Shown piece after piece: positions 14,190 through 26,632 of a DNA stretch of 64,000 bases. Within the stretch, counting starts at the first letter, position 1; the number at the start of each line of letters is the position of its first letter. The notes under the pieces were generated by a model. The model worked only from the letters and a program-made list of their open reading frames with translations, was not told where the DNA came from and ran no database searches. This DNA comes from Okamejei kenojei (taxonomy: Eukaryota), in assembly GCA_035221665.1 (NCBI GenBank), contig CM069155.1, positions 27,466,001-27,530,000 of the forward strand, in the 5' to 3' direction. Position numbers and translations under genes: made by a program.

Positions 14190-15060
14190 GACATGGATGG
14201 TAATGGAGTTATGGGTGGCGAGGAAGGGTGCCTAAGACTACTGATGTGGATCTTTGTGGAACGTTGAGTGGAGCATTAGTAGGTGGAACTTAATCCCGAC
14301 AAGTGCAAGCTAATGCATTTTGGGAAGACAATGGGTATACAAGAAATAGCAGGGCACTAGAGAATATTAATGAACAGAGGGACCTTGAGGTCCAATGCCA
14401 AAACATCCTGGAAGTGGCAACACTGGTGTTAAGGTGGTGTAGAATGCTTGCCCACATAGGTGGGGGCACAGTATTTAAAATTTAAGATATTATGCTGAAA
14501 CTTTGCCAAACACTAGTTAAACTGCACTTTGAGTATTGTAAGCTCCGCGCATCCCAGGAAGGGTGTAGTTGAGCTGTAGCTAGTCAGAGGAGATTGACTA
14601 GGATGTTGCCTGAATTGGAGGCCTCTAGTTATATGGAGAGATTGGACGGAATAGACTGGGGTTGTTTTCTCTGGAGCAGAGGAATCTCAGGGGTGACCTG
14701 ATGGACCTGTATAAAATTATGAGAGGCATGGATAAAGTAGTTAATAAAAATATTTTTCAGAGGGTCAGGATATCAAAAACAAGTGGGCATAGGTTTGAGG
14801 AAGGAACTAATGAGGATTTGAGGTAAAGGGTTTTATTTACACAAAGGGTGGTTGATATCTGCAACATGCTTCCAGCTGAGTTGGTGGAATCAGATACAAT
14901 AACTTTCTTCTGGGACAGTTAGACAGGCACTCAAATACGCCAAGCATAGATGGATGCGGTACTAGTGCGGGCAAATGGGATTAGTGTGGGTGGGCAAAAG
15001 GGTCAGCATCAACATGGTAGGCTGAAGGGCCTATTTCTGTACTATACGACTATAACTATC
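14190..15060 (+). mobile_element. Old CR1 LINE fragment
   Basis: Decayed CR1 ORF2 C-terminus (…LGLFSLEQRNLRGDL…YKIMRGMDKV) ending in a gggctgaagggcct tail; a second piece at ~15360-15630. Confidence 0.75.
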
Positions 15061-15277
15061 ATAAATGGGGATCAACAGATTATAATCTGAACAGAGAGAT
15101 TAACAGGGCAACTAACAAGGTTAAGGAATGGACAGAACATTGGGGGTGGGGAGAATTGGGTGGGTGAAATTGGGGGAGGTGGGGTCAGTCCTGTGAGGTT
15201 TGGTGACTGATGAGAACAGTCCCTGTCGCCCTTCATCCTGTTCCCTGGTTAATGTCTCTGTTGTGTTGTTCTCCCAG

Positions 15278-15338
15278 GGTTTGAGCCTGAGACGTACTGC
15301 GATCGGATGCAGCTTTTTCAGGAGGCCATTCTTGCCAG
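15278..15338 (+). CDS. DEPDC5: DEPDC5 exon
   Basis: tcccag|...|gtatgt; GFEPETYCDRMQLFQEAILAR; phase 1->2. Confidence 0.94.
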
Positions 15339-15716
15339 GTATGTCTCTACTCCTTCCCAGAGGTTTAAGATGAGAGGGGAAAGATTTAATAGGAATCTGA
15401 GACAACGTTTCCACACAGAGAGTGGTGGGTATATGGAACAAGCTTCCGGAGAATGTAGTTAGTGCAGGTACTATAACAGCTTTTGATAGGCATTCGGACA
15501 GGTACATGGATCGGAGTGGTTTAGAGAGATATGTATCATATGTGAGCAAATAGGATTAGCTTAGATGGGCATCTTGGTTGGCATGGGTGAATGGAACCAA
15601 AGGGTTTGTTTCCATGCTGTATTACCTTGTGACATGCACACCCCATTTCTGTATCAAAACACTGGGTAATGGTATAGACTTGTGGCGTCACCTCCACTGT
15701 GATGATCTGTTAATAA

Positions 15717-15950
<234 letters not shown>

Positions 15951-16176
15951 TAGTGAACGGGCAGCGGGTGGGCAGGCGTGGCCAGTCACCCTGAGCAGGG
16001 TCCCCTCTGTCAGCTGGGTTAGTGCTCACCATTCTTTAGTTGGGAAAGGATTGATAAACAACCAAGAGCCTGTCATTATTTTGGTGAAAATGATAATGTT
16101 AAAACCCCAGATATGTCGTGAGTTACTCGTGTGTCCTTGCATTGATGGTGACGTGATAGTTCTTTGTTTGCTCCAG

Positions 16177-16472
16177 GTACCGTCTTTCTCCAGCTGCCGT
16201 ATTCCAAGCGCAAGTTAGCGAGTGGGCAGCAGAGGCGGAGGAGGAACTCCACCAGCTCCAGCACCCAGAGTCTCTTTGGCGAGGAGAGGATTGGCTACAA
16301 CTGGGCTTACAACACCATGCTGACCAAAACGTGGCGATCCAGTGCCACTGGCGATGAGAAATTTGCCGATCGTCTGCTCAAAGACCTTAATGACTTTTGC
16401 TCTAACAAGGACAACCGGCTGCTCAACTTCTGGGAAAGCTGTCTGGACAAAATGCATTCCAGCGCACCCTGA
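16177..16472 (+). CDS. DEPDC5: DEPDC5 terminal coding exon
   Basis: ctccag|; [28 protein letters not shown]...[29 protein letters not shown]...KMHSSAP-TGA, matching the remembered human C-terminus (KMHASAP). Confidence 0.97.
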
Positions 16473-18033
16473 GACGGGCAAAGCCATGTCCGTGGGACAC
16501 GTATCTGCCCTAGTCATGGCTCACACTAGTCATGGCACACATAGCTATCCTACACCTGATGGATGGTCATTGCTGCCCATGGTACATGCACCATTCTCTG
16601 CCCGTCAGAAGGATAATCGTGCCCATCGGAAGGATGGTCAATGTCCATTAGCAGAGCAATCAATGTCCATTGGTGCATACGTCCAAATGGTTCCCATTGG
16701 AAAACTGGTCAATGCCCGCTGGTGTATATATATACATCATTCTTTTTTCCCACTGGAAGGATAGTCAGTGCTCATTAATACAAACATATAATTGTTTCCC
16801 ATTGGAAACACATGGAAAACCCTTTGTATACTTTGGTTGAGTTGCAAAGACACCCGTCCCCATCGCTTTGCTCACGCCACCTCTTGCAGCTCAGCTGAGA
16901 TTTCTTGATGATGGTCCCTTTACTGTATCACCTCCGCTGTCTTGGTGACCATTACGATACGTCTGATTATACTGACATTAAATGCAGATCTATATCTCAT
17001 CTAACAGCCTGTCATGGAATACCTAATGAACCCGATTAGGCCGAAAAAGAGAAGGTTCCTGAGATTTAATATAATGAGGGTTTGGAGCGGAGTTCAGAAA
17101 CTCCAAGGGATAATGGCTTCATTGGCTCCCACATCTCGTGGTAAATGCAACATGCAACAGGCACCTCCTTTCCCAACAGCTAATGATTAGTTTGTATGGT
17201 TTCAGCACATTGCAAACCTAATTAACATGGTCTCCACACTTGTCTTTGCCTTTCACTGTGCTGTATTACAAAGTCCATCATTTTACTATTGACTATTTAC
17301 CTGAGTTTATTGTGTATTGAGATATTTCCTTCTGTTGGTGAGGGGGAGGGAATGGAAAGACTCGACCAGCTGCAAGTGAGAACATTTGTGCCCACCCAAG
17401 GCACAATCCCCACCATCTCCTGTTTCTTTTTCTTCACTTTGGCTTCCATAATTTTCACTCCTGCTCTCCCTCTCTCAGATACCTACACCCTACCCAGGGG
17501 CCTGCATCTTCAGCTGGTCTGAGGGGGCAGAGGTCGAGATCCACTGGAAATCCATTGAGTGACTGGGTGCACTGAAGACATCCCGATCTTTTCTGTCGAA
17601 TGAGTCCCAAAACTGAACTCAAATGTAACTTTCTTCAGGGCATTTATTATTTTACACAATTTATAGAAAATGAAATAGCACGAGTCTGCACATGGATCGG
17701 CTGAGGTGGGCAAATATGGATCAGCTGGTTTCCCACCGGCTTGTGTTGGACGTATGGACCCAGAACTGATGATGAACTGTGAGGGGTAAAACTTGCTATT
17801 TTTGACTTGTACAAAGCGCATCATCTCAGAGTAGTCATTGGCTTCACTAAATATGTGGACACTATATATTTGTTAGGCCATGTACTTGTGCAATGCCTTT
17901 AAATCCTCTCCATTAATTATTCCCACAGCCAACAGATCTGTACACCTCAGTTGTTATGCAGCTGTGGAACAGTTGGTGACTGATGAGGGCACCATGAAAA
18001 TGCCCATTTTCCCCAACATCCCATCTTGTAAAT

Positions 18034-18242
18034 CAGGGGTTCCCAACCTTGTTCGTCCCGTTTACCCCTGGCAACTTTAACAGCACATAACAATGTCATT
18101 TCACTTATTTATGAACAACTAATGATGAACAGATACCAGAACCAAACACAGTCAGTCAATGAGAAAAAATATGTACAGAATCAACAAATTTAGGCGAAAT
18201 TTACCCCCTGGGGGTAACTATACCCCATGTTGGGAACCCTTG
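18034..18242. mobile_element. hAT (Charlie-type) MITE, 209 bp
   Basis: TIRs CAGGGGTTCCCAAC / GTTGGGAACCCTTG; perfect 8-bp TSD TTGTAAAT at 18026-18033 and 18243-18250. Confidence 0.9.
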
Positions 18243-18301
18243 TTGTAAATGCAAATCTGCACCATTGACTCTTTCTCAGCTCCATATAATTTGAATTAAA
18301 A

Positions 18302-18307
18302 AATAAA
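18302..18307 (+). terminator. Candidate DEPDC5 polyadenylation signal
   Basis: AATAAA (with ATTAAA just upstream) followed by a T/GT-rich tract; implies a ~1.85-kb 3'UTR. Confidence 0.5.
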
Positions 18308-20074
18308 AAGAGAAAAAAGTCCTTGTTTTATTTTGTTTAAGAAGGAACTGCAGATGCTGGAAAGTCGTGACCCGAAACGTTGCCTATTTCCTTCGCTCCA
18401 TAGATGCTGCCTCACCCTGCTGAGTTTCTCCAGCATTTTTGTCTACCTTTGTTTTATTTTATAATTTTTTTTGACTTTCTGAACAGTAAATTGTTGGGCT
18501 GTGCGTCGTTAAAGCCATTGGGCCAAGATGAAAACGTCTCCTCAAAGAATTTTCACAAAGTTTCTCTTCCTTGCATTGAGATGTCCCAAAGCCACTAAAA
18601 ACCCAATGATGCGGGGCGGTTGGGTGCTCTTTGTTCATCCATTTCACTTCACACTTTGGCCAAATTTCTTGTCACTCTATCTCCTTCAGTGGCTCTCTGT
18701 CGAATGAAGTCAGATTCTCCTCCTGTGAGTAGTTTGTGTGTTTTACAACATTAAAAACACCAAATAACAGGGATTCACTTCCGCAACATCACCATCCATT
18801 GAAGAAAAACAAGCAACGTAAGGCCTACTACAGACTTGAGGAAGAGCACCCCATCTCCTTTCTGGGCACCTCTCGGGTTTGTGGACTCAGTACTGCATTC
18901 TCCAACTTCTGATAACTCCCTCTTCCTGTCAGTTCAGAAGCAGCTAACTTGGTCAAAGCAGCCATTTCTGCTGCATCTGGGCTCTTGGTCATGTTTTTCT
19001 CTCCTTTACAAAGAGTGACCTCTGGGGCATGTCTCACAGCTCTGCATTTTGCAACATTTTAAGTGCCTTAGTTAATAATTAAGACACTCCCTTTCCCCTC
19101 ACTCTCCTCTCGCTTTAAGGCTATGCCCTCTAACATTGAACACTTCCACACTTTTCACATATCTACCTGTTCCTTAAAAATATTATCTTCCACAAAGGAC
19201 AGTGGAACTAATCTAGTAAACCTTCACTAAACTGATTCCAATGGAGTAATATCCTTCTGTAAATAAGGAGACACAGCACATAAGATGTGGTGTCTGAGGC
19301 ATAATCTCCCTACCTATGTATTTGATACCCTACCAATAAATGATAACAGGAAACAAGTGTCCTTACCCAAAACGTCACCTGTCCATTCTATCCACAGATG
19401 TTGCCTGAAACCACTGAATTCCTACAGCGTTTTGTGGTTTGCTCAAGATTTCTGCGTCTGCAGTTCCTTGTGTCTTCAAAGGTAACATTCTGTTAGCTCT
19501 CCTATACCTACACCTTTTCCATTTGCCAAATATACCCTAGGGCATTCAGATCCTCCGGCATTTCAGAAAGATACAACTTTTTCATTTTACCTGCCAAAAT
19601 AGATAAACGTACATTTTCTCATGTACTCCATTTGCCCGATCTTGCCCACTCACTAAATCTACTCGTATCCCTTTAGGGCCTGCCTCATGTCAACTTCACA
19701 CCTCTGCCTTTGGACATTTCCAATTTGTAAGGAAGTAGTTCAAATAATCCATGTAGCACAAACTTTTATTTCATTGGGATGGGAAAGGAACATTCTTCCC
19801 CGGAACACAGGTGATATTTTCTAGTGTATAAACAGAATTAAAAGACTGCAATTTACACATAGTTATATAACAAAGCATGAGGCAGTCCACATTTGTGTGT
19901 GTTGCCCTTGGGAAGGAAAGGCTTAACCAGTCTGGACTGGTACAGTGCATCCAGTTGATCACAACAGAAATTAGTGTAATGTTTTGAGGATAGCAGGGAT
20001 GGGTAAAGAATGGCATGTCAGAAAAGGGCCTGCCTGGTCTTGAGAAATAATTTGGAATTATCTTGATCATTCTT

Positions 20075-20620
20075 GTCCAAATGCAGAATTGCCTCAATCT
20101 CCTCATGGAGTAAGTAGTCTTTGGTGTCCCTTCTTGGCTGTTGCTTCAATGATCCACAACAGGTCATTGGTAACATTAACGCCAAGGAATTTGAAGCTCT
20201 CAGCCATTTCCACTTCTGCACGATTGACACTGATTGGCGCCTGTACACCATGCTTTTTGAGGTAAGCAATTGGCTCCTTTGTTGTGCTGACAGCGAGGGA
20301 GAGGTTGACAAAGAAGGTCGACAAAAGTGCTGGAGAAACTCAGCGGGTGAGGTAGCATCTATGGAGCGAAGGAATAGGTGACGTTTCGGGTCGAGACCCT
20401 GCTCCAGACTTGAGGGAGAGGTTACTGTCTTGATACCATGTTACTAAGTTCTCTATCTCCTTCCAGTACTCCATTTAATCGTTGTTCCTGCTTCGGCCAA
20501 CCACAGTGATGTCGCCTGCAAACAACCAGTCGAAATTGGCCGTGTGTGTGGTGTGGAGTACAGTGCGGGACTGAGAACACATCCCTGCAGGGCCCCAGAG
20601 AATTGCAATGGAAGAGATGT
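20075..20620 (-). mobile_element. Rex1/Babar LINE fragment interrupted by a Penelope terminal unit (~20306-20410)
   Basis: APISVNRAEVEMAESFKFLGVNVTNDLLW...AKKGHQRL (ORF 20103-20324); gagggagaggtt recurs on both sides of the inserted unit. Confidence 0.7.
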
Positions 20621-21229
20621 CCTCACCTACCTCACCCCACCTCTATCTAAATCTAACCCCTGTGACTACAAATAAACCATGAGGAGGGAGTGTTACTCTG
20701 TTTCAAACTTGCGGTGTCCGTACCCTAGAGAGCCAGTCTAGGCAGAATTAATTTGTTTCCACACTTCGAGTGTAGACTTCTTCGAACTTCAAACATGCAG
20801 ATGTGCTGGAAGGTATAAATTACCCGACCTCGACCTCGTTGCATCTTATTCCGATCCGCATTTTCTCTGTATATATTCCGCACAGCTATATTCTGCACAG
20901 TTTATTTTCTCTTGCGCACTGACTGGTAACATTTGCCTGGATAGCAGGCAAAACAAAGTGCGGTTTTTTTTCTCACAGTTTTCCCTTACACGAGAAAAAA
21001 CCTGCACGACACATGTAAAGGAGGACAGAAAATGCCGGGAAACACTCAGCGGGTCAGGCAGCGAGTGTGGGGAGAGAAGCAAGTCTGGTCGCGGCCAACT
21101 GGGAGTCACGTCTGCGCGGAGGGAGAGAGTGGCCGCTTACTCCTGGTGGGGTGGTCCTGATACTGACCCACTGGCACTGAAGTGACCTTTAGAGCGCTCA
21201 CCATATATTTATACACACATAGACCTTGC

Positions 21230-21510
21230 ATCTAAATGTCCCGCTTCACGTTTTCACCCGCTCCACAGGTCGGAGAGATCTAAAGTTGTTCAGTCCCGCT
21301 GTTTACAATTCTCCTTGGAGGGGAGGAGACGGGAGGGAGGGAAGGAGACTGGAGGGAGGGAAGGAGACTGGAGGGAGTGGGGAGGGGGTGTCAACGCGCT
21401 GAAGGACCGTGGATGATCCCCAGGGGTTGGCGCTCTGGCGAGTGCCCGCCAGCCCCCGGTGAGTCGGTCTGACAATCGCTGGCGCGGTTCAGAAACCATC
21501 CACGAGGCCG
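21230..21510 (+). promoter_or_regulatory. CpG-enriched candidate promoter / non-coding first exon of the ANHX-like gene
   Basis: Local CpG enrichment and a consensus donor ccg|gtgagt at 21458/21459; the next acceptor ttccag| at 22248/22249 precedes the ATG. Confidence 0.5.
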
Positions 21511-21514
21511 GGCT

Positions 21515-22175
21515 GATCCCTCCCTCCACCCTCCCCCTTCTTCTCACACCCACCCCTTCCCCTCGGACCCTCCACTCATCCCTAGCAACATCCTCCCACG
21601 TTCCTTGTTGCCTCACATCCTCGTTCCAACCCTTTCCACCCCTCCCTTCCTCACACCCTCCCCTCTTCCCTTCCCCCTAACACCAACCACTCTCTCCTTC
21701 CTCTCACACCTTCCCTCCACTCTCCCTCATACCCTCACACGCTCATTCCCTCACCAACTCCCTTCCTCAATCTTCCCATTCCTCCCCCCCCCCCCCCTCA
21801 CATTCTACAATCCGTCACCCATTTGATCCTTTACGCCCCCATCCCCCCTCACTCCTCACCTCCCATCACAACCTCACACGTTCCCTCACACCCAGTCCAC
21901 AGTCACTCCATTTCTCCCTCACCTACACCATCTTCCTCTTCCTTCCCCCTCCCCTACATCTCCCAGTCATTCCTCAATCTCACTCCTTTGCCCTTTCTTC
22001 TCATCCCCACCATCTCCTCCCCTCTACCTTTCTGTCCCTCTTTGCTCTTACTCCCTTTCCCATTCCTTCCCCCTTCCTCACTCCCTCTCCCGCTCCTCCT
22101 CTTCCCCTCCATCTCCTCCTCCTCACCTTCTCCCCATCTCCACTTCCTCCTCCTCCCCTCCATTGCCCCCTCCTG
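21515..22175. repeat. ~660-bp C/T-rich low-complexity tract
   Basis: Almost G-free pyrimidine-rich sequence; source of several spurious Pro/Ser and Gly/Arg ORFs. Confidence 0.9.
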
Positions 22176-22281
22176 GTTTCACTGGGCTGTAACTTGGCCC
22201 AGTGAGGAGGTGGGCCGAAGCTCACTGTCTCTTGTCCCCTGGTTCCAGGAGCTGCTGGAAGTGTGAAGAGAGGCCGAGAGG

Positions 22282-22395
22282 ATGGAGGGGAGTCAGAGTC
22301 GACGAGGAGTTCCAGACATGGCTGAGCAACTGCGAGCGGAGGTCTGGGAGCTGCTGAGGGGGCGGGAGTATGACAGAGCCTCTGCCCTGCTGGAG
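22282..22395 (+). CDS. ANHX: ANHX-like homeobox gene, first coding exon (partial SIX domain)
   Basis: In-frame TGA at 22264-22266 precedes ATG 22282 (second ATG 22318 in gacATGg context); MEGSQSRRGVPDMAEQLRAEVWELLRGREYDRASALLE|gtaaac; phase 0; aligns to the SIX-domain segment ending ...ELYKILE. Confidence 0.75.
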
Positions 22396-23169
22396 GTAAA
22401 CCAGCCCGTGACTGCCCATCCCGCTGCCCCTCATTTCATTGACCCTCCCGTTCAACTGACGTCGGCCCGCTCCTCTCTTGCTGATCACTGTGCCCTCCCA
22501 CTGACCACTATACCCCCACCTCTCCCACTGCCCACCAGACCCCAGTTTCCCACTGAACACTGGACCCACCCCTCGCACTGACCACCGGACACTGGCCTCC
22601 CCTCTCCCTGACCTCTGGCAACTCCCAATTCTTACAACTCCATGTGCTTGATATTTCCCTCTCCACAGACACTACCTCATCTGCTTTCTGTTTTCATTTC
22701 AAGCTCTCAGCCTGTGCATTTCGTTTTGGTTTTCCAATGTAATTTCTATCTCTCTGCTGGGATCAGTAGTCCCCTGGCTGCAGGGTAACCATTGTAGCCC
22801 AGTTTTGACCTTCCCCAAAGACTGCAGCCGTGTGCCATGGAGATGGTTGACTGTGGTGAAGTGTGTGAGGTAGGACTAATTCCTCTGGCATTGAGGCTAA
22901 TTGCAGCAGTACACCCTCATTCACATCTTGTGTGGAAAGTATCGACGGGCTGCACAGCTTTGTGGCATCTTTCATGAGAAAGTGCAACCTCTACACATAT
23001 CTTCCAATTATCCACCAACTTCACCAGAGGCCGTCGGTCGGCCTGTGTCCTGGTGCCCTGTATGTTGTGCAGTCTCACCTGCATTGTCACAGATATATTC
23101 ACTTTAACTATTTTGCCATTGTGTATGCTTGTTCTAGGAGTTGCCGCTAGACTCTGCACTTGGAGACAA

Positions 23170-24530
23170 TAGTTGGGTCCGTCACGCAGCATGGAACCAG
23201 GCCCATCATCCCCACCAAGATGCCCATCTACACCATTCCTGTTTGCTCACGTTTGACCAGTATCTCTCAAAACCGTTCCTATCTAAATACCTTTGAAATG
23301 TCTAATCTGCATCAACCATTTCCTCAGGCAGTTTGTTCCACATACATTAGATGCTCGATGTGAAAAAGTTGTCCCTAACATACTTTATCCTCTCACATTA
23401 AAGCTATGCCTTTTAGTTCTTCATTTTCCAGTCCTGGAAAAAAGACAGTGCATTCATCGTATCTGTGCCCTTCCTGATATTGAACACCTCTATACGGTCA
23501 CACCTCCACCTCTGATGCCCTAAGGAATAAAGTCCAAGCCTTCTCAACTTCTCTTTTTAACACCATCTATCAAGTCCTGGGAAGATCCTGGTAAATCTTT
23601 CCTGCACTTTCCAGCTTAATTATATCTTTCCTATAGCAGGGCACAATATTAAAAATGTGGATTCACAATCGTCTTGTAATATAACGTCCCAACTTCTACA
23701 CTCATTGTGTGAGAAGAAACTGCAGATGCTGGTTTAAACCGAAGATAGACACACATCTGGACAGGCAGCATCTCTGGAGAGAAGGAATGGGTGACGTTTC
23801 GGGTCTGAAGAAATAAAAAGGTCTTGACCCAAAAGGTCAACCATTCCTTCTCTCCAGAGATGCTGCCTGTCCCGCTGAGTTACTCCAGCTTTTTGTGTCC
23901 AGCTACTGTACTCATTGTCCTTACTGATGAAGGCTTGTGGGCCAAAAGCCTTCCTCACCTGTCCACCTGAGGCTCCATTTTCAGGGAATTAAATATCTGC
24001 ACTCCTAATTCCCTCGGTTCCACAACACACCCAGGGCCCTATCTTCCATTGTGAAAGTCCTACCCTGGTTTGACTTCCCAAACGCAACACCTTACCTGAA
24101 TTAAATTCTATTTGCCATTCTTGAACCCACTTCCTCAGCAGATAAAGACCCCCCTGCAATTCTTGATAGCCCTCGTCACTGCCTATGATACCATCTAATT
24201 TAGCATAATCTGCAAATTTACTAACCACATCTTGTACATTAACATCCAAATCATTAATATAGATGAGAAATAACAGTGGGCCCAGGACTGATCTGTGCGG
24301 CACATCACCAGTCACAGGCCTCCAGTCTGAAAAACAACCTTCTACCATCAACTGCTTCTTACCATCAAGCCATTTTATGTATCCGATTCAGTAACTCTCC
24401 CTGGATTCTATCTGATCTAACCTTCCAGTGTAAAGTACCATGTGGAATCTCATCAAAAGCCTTGCAGAAATCCACATGGACTACGTCTCCCGCATTGCCC
24501 TCATTGACCTTCTTGGTTACTTACTTCTTC
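23170..24530 (-). mobile_element. CR1 LINE fragment with a nested inverted Penelope unit (~23707-23900)
   Basis: ORF 23989-24351 SDWRPVTGDVPHRSVLGPLLFLIYINDLD...SKFADYAKL is an RT core. Confidence 0.85.
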
Positions 24531-24687
24531 AAAAACCGAAGTTACTATAAGGAATTGAATTGAGAGATCGCTGCAATAAGGCAGAATACAGGTGCTACAC
24601 TGTAAATAACTCCCAGAACATTGTGCTACTGTGGTGAGGGGGTATGGAAGAAATCTTGTGTGTTACATCATACATTGTTCTCATTAG

Positions 24688-24812
24688 ACCTGCAGGATTA
24701 AAGAGAAGGATGTGGTCAGATCTCTGTGGTATGAAGTCCAGTACATGAAACTGAAAGAACAGCTTGGAAAGAGCAAGTTGACGGCAGTGCAGCGTTTCCG
24801 CTGCAGAAAGAG
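24688..24812 (+). CDS. ANHX: ANHX-like exon, SIX domain C-half
   Basis: cattag|...|gtacgc; TCRIKEKDVVRSLWYEVQYMKLKEQLGKSKLTAVQRFRCRKR, compare remembered human ANHX LWNDIHY...LTPVQKFRCRKR; phase 0->2. Not in the ORF track. Confidence 0.88.
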
Positions 24813-25055
24813 GTACGCACGGAGATTTTAACCTGCCTGGCCGGACCCAGAGCACAATAACAGACAGGCAGATCTGCTGAGGCAAGAGGCTGCACATGCT
24901 GGAACCTGGAGCAACGATCTGTTTGAAGAACACAGTGGGACGAGCAGCATCTGTGGGTGGAAAGGAATGCTCGACATAGCTCGAGTGAGTTTGTTGACCA
25001 CTTCCTCCTCCCACTTTCCCTACTGATGCTGCTCGAGCTACTAAGTCCCACCAGA

Positions 25056-25362
25056 GGCAGCACAGCGGTGCAGTGGTAGAGTTGCTGCCTTACATTGCCA
25101 GAGACCTGGGTTGGAACCTGACCATGAGTGCTGTCTGTACGGAGTTTGTACGTTCTCCCTGCGACCACATGGGTTTTCTCCGGCTGCACCGGTTTCTTCC
25201 CACACTCCAAAGACATACAAGTTTCTAGGTTAATTGGCTGGGTAAAATTGTAAATTGTCCCAAGTGTGTAGGATAGTGTTAGCGTACATGGATCGCTGGT
25301 CGGCACGGACTCGATGGGCCGAAGGGCCTGATTCCACACAGCATCTCTAAAGCTAAAAACTA
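25056..25362 (+). mobile_element. Full-length V-SINE/HE1-like SINE
   Basis: tRNA-like head (gcggtgcagtggtagag...ggttggaacc), core gtttgtacgttctccctgcgaccacatgggttttctccgg and CR1-like tail gggccgaagggcct...tctctaaa. Confidence 0.85.
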
Positions 25363-25682
25363 AGCAGCGTATTGAGGCAGACGTGCCTAGATGTCCCTTC
25401 ACAGCACAGCTGTGACACACCAGCAGATAGATGTTGCTTCAATCGATGGCCACAGGCACACATGGCTGGAAATTCACCGGCAGCATTCATGTCCCCCGAT
25501 GTTACGTCGCAAAATCCGTCACGAATGGGGCAACAACAGCATTTCACGCCATGTGGCAGATTGAGCTGCGCTCTGCCAGTTTGGTCCCACGCAGGCTGTC
25601 CCCGTGTCAGCACGTGGAAGGACTGGAGTATTGTGGTCGAAGGTGGACCACACCGTCCCAAAGAAGGTCACTGAGAGACAAT

Positions 25683-25866
25683 GTAGACAAAAGTGCTGGA
25701 GAAACTCAGCGGGTGCAGCAGCATCTATGGAGCGAAGGAAATAGGCAACGTTTCGGGCCGAAACGTTGCCTATTTCCTTCGCTCCATAGATGCTGCTGCA
25801 CCCGCTGAGTTTCTCCAGCACTTTTGTCTACCTTTGATTTTCCAGCATCTGCAGTTCCTTCTTAAA
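25683..25866. mobile_element. Fold-back insertion of the Penelope terminal unit
   Basis: Perfect 74-bp inverted arms 25683-25756 / 25758-25831; flanked by cactgagagacaat (25669-25682) and cactgagagataat (25867-25880). Confidence 0.9.
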
Positions 25867-26508
25867 CACTGAGAGATAATCCTGGATAACCAGGATTCCC
25901 TGGGTCACGGTTCAATGTTATTTCACGTAATTTACTTCAAGATGTCAGTGAGCTCCCCACCCCTTGCATTAACCCCCAACCCCCCCATTCCCCACAATCA
26001 TCAGGCAGCTCATGACCCCACCCGTGACTCCCTCAATACTATTCCTGATTTCCTCTCTCTGCCTCCTCAATGAAAAGATCCTCTACCTGCAATAGCAATA
26101 TAGCAGTTCCCACTCATTTCCCAAACCCATACAACACGTCCCTGTTCCTGATTTCTTGCCCCTCTGCTAACCTGTCTGGTTGGACCCCAGACCCACATCT
26201 CGAGACTGCCTTGTACCTTCCTCAAACACTTTGCCTGGCAGCTTGTTCCAGTTACTCACCACCCTCTGTGTGGAAAAAGTTGCTCCTTGGGTCTAGTTCA
26301 AACCTTCCTCCTCTCACCTTACATCTAAGCCCTCTAGTTTTAGACTCTCCTAACATGGAAAAAAAGACTGCAACCATCCACCTTATCTGTTCCCTTTGTG
26401 ATTTATATTCCTCCATAATGTCACTGCGAGAGTGAAGGTGAGGTACACGATGGAGGACATCTTTGGCTGCCCAATAGGTCTAACAACGGTGCTTCATGTA
26501 CCTTCCAG

Positions 26509-26632
26509 GAACCCGCTGCCCTGCTCTCTGCGTGTGGAGGAATTCAAGACCAGGACCCTGCCTCTGGAGGCCAGAGAACAGCTAAAAGCCTGGGTCAGAG
26601 GAAACAGTGCAAGCCCTAGTATGGCAGAGAGG
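26509..26632 (+). CDS. ANHX: ANHX-like exon, linker and homeodomain helix 1
   Basis: ttccag|...|gtaagg; NPLPCSLRVEEFKTRTLPLEAREQLKAWVRGNSASPSMAER; phase 2->0. Confidence 0.9.

Noticed and set aside
16225-16262. Functional coupling of the DEPDC5 RRRRNST phospho-motif to the neighbouring 14-3-3 gene
   Set aside because: The motif is a conserved basophilic kinase site, but gene adjacency in vertebrates is not evidence of interaction.
21290-22266. Several 70-150 aa Pro/Ser- or Gly/Arg-rich ORFs
   Set aside because: By-products of the C/T low-complexity tract; no domain or splice support.
22783-23110. Possible extra ANHX exon between coding exons 1 and 2
   Set aside because: The phase-0 frame from the ccaaag| acceptor hits a stop, and LLE|TCR already aligns contiguously with the SIX/ANHX domain.
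24716-25420. 234-aa minus-strand ORF
   Set aside because: Reads through a SINE and a Penelope unit; the same pseudo-peptide (ECGKKP..PEKTH.V.GRTYKL.TDS) recurs at every SINE copy.
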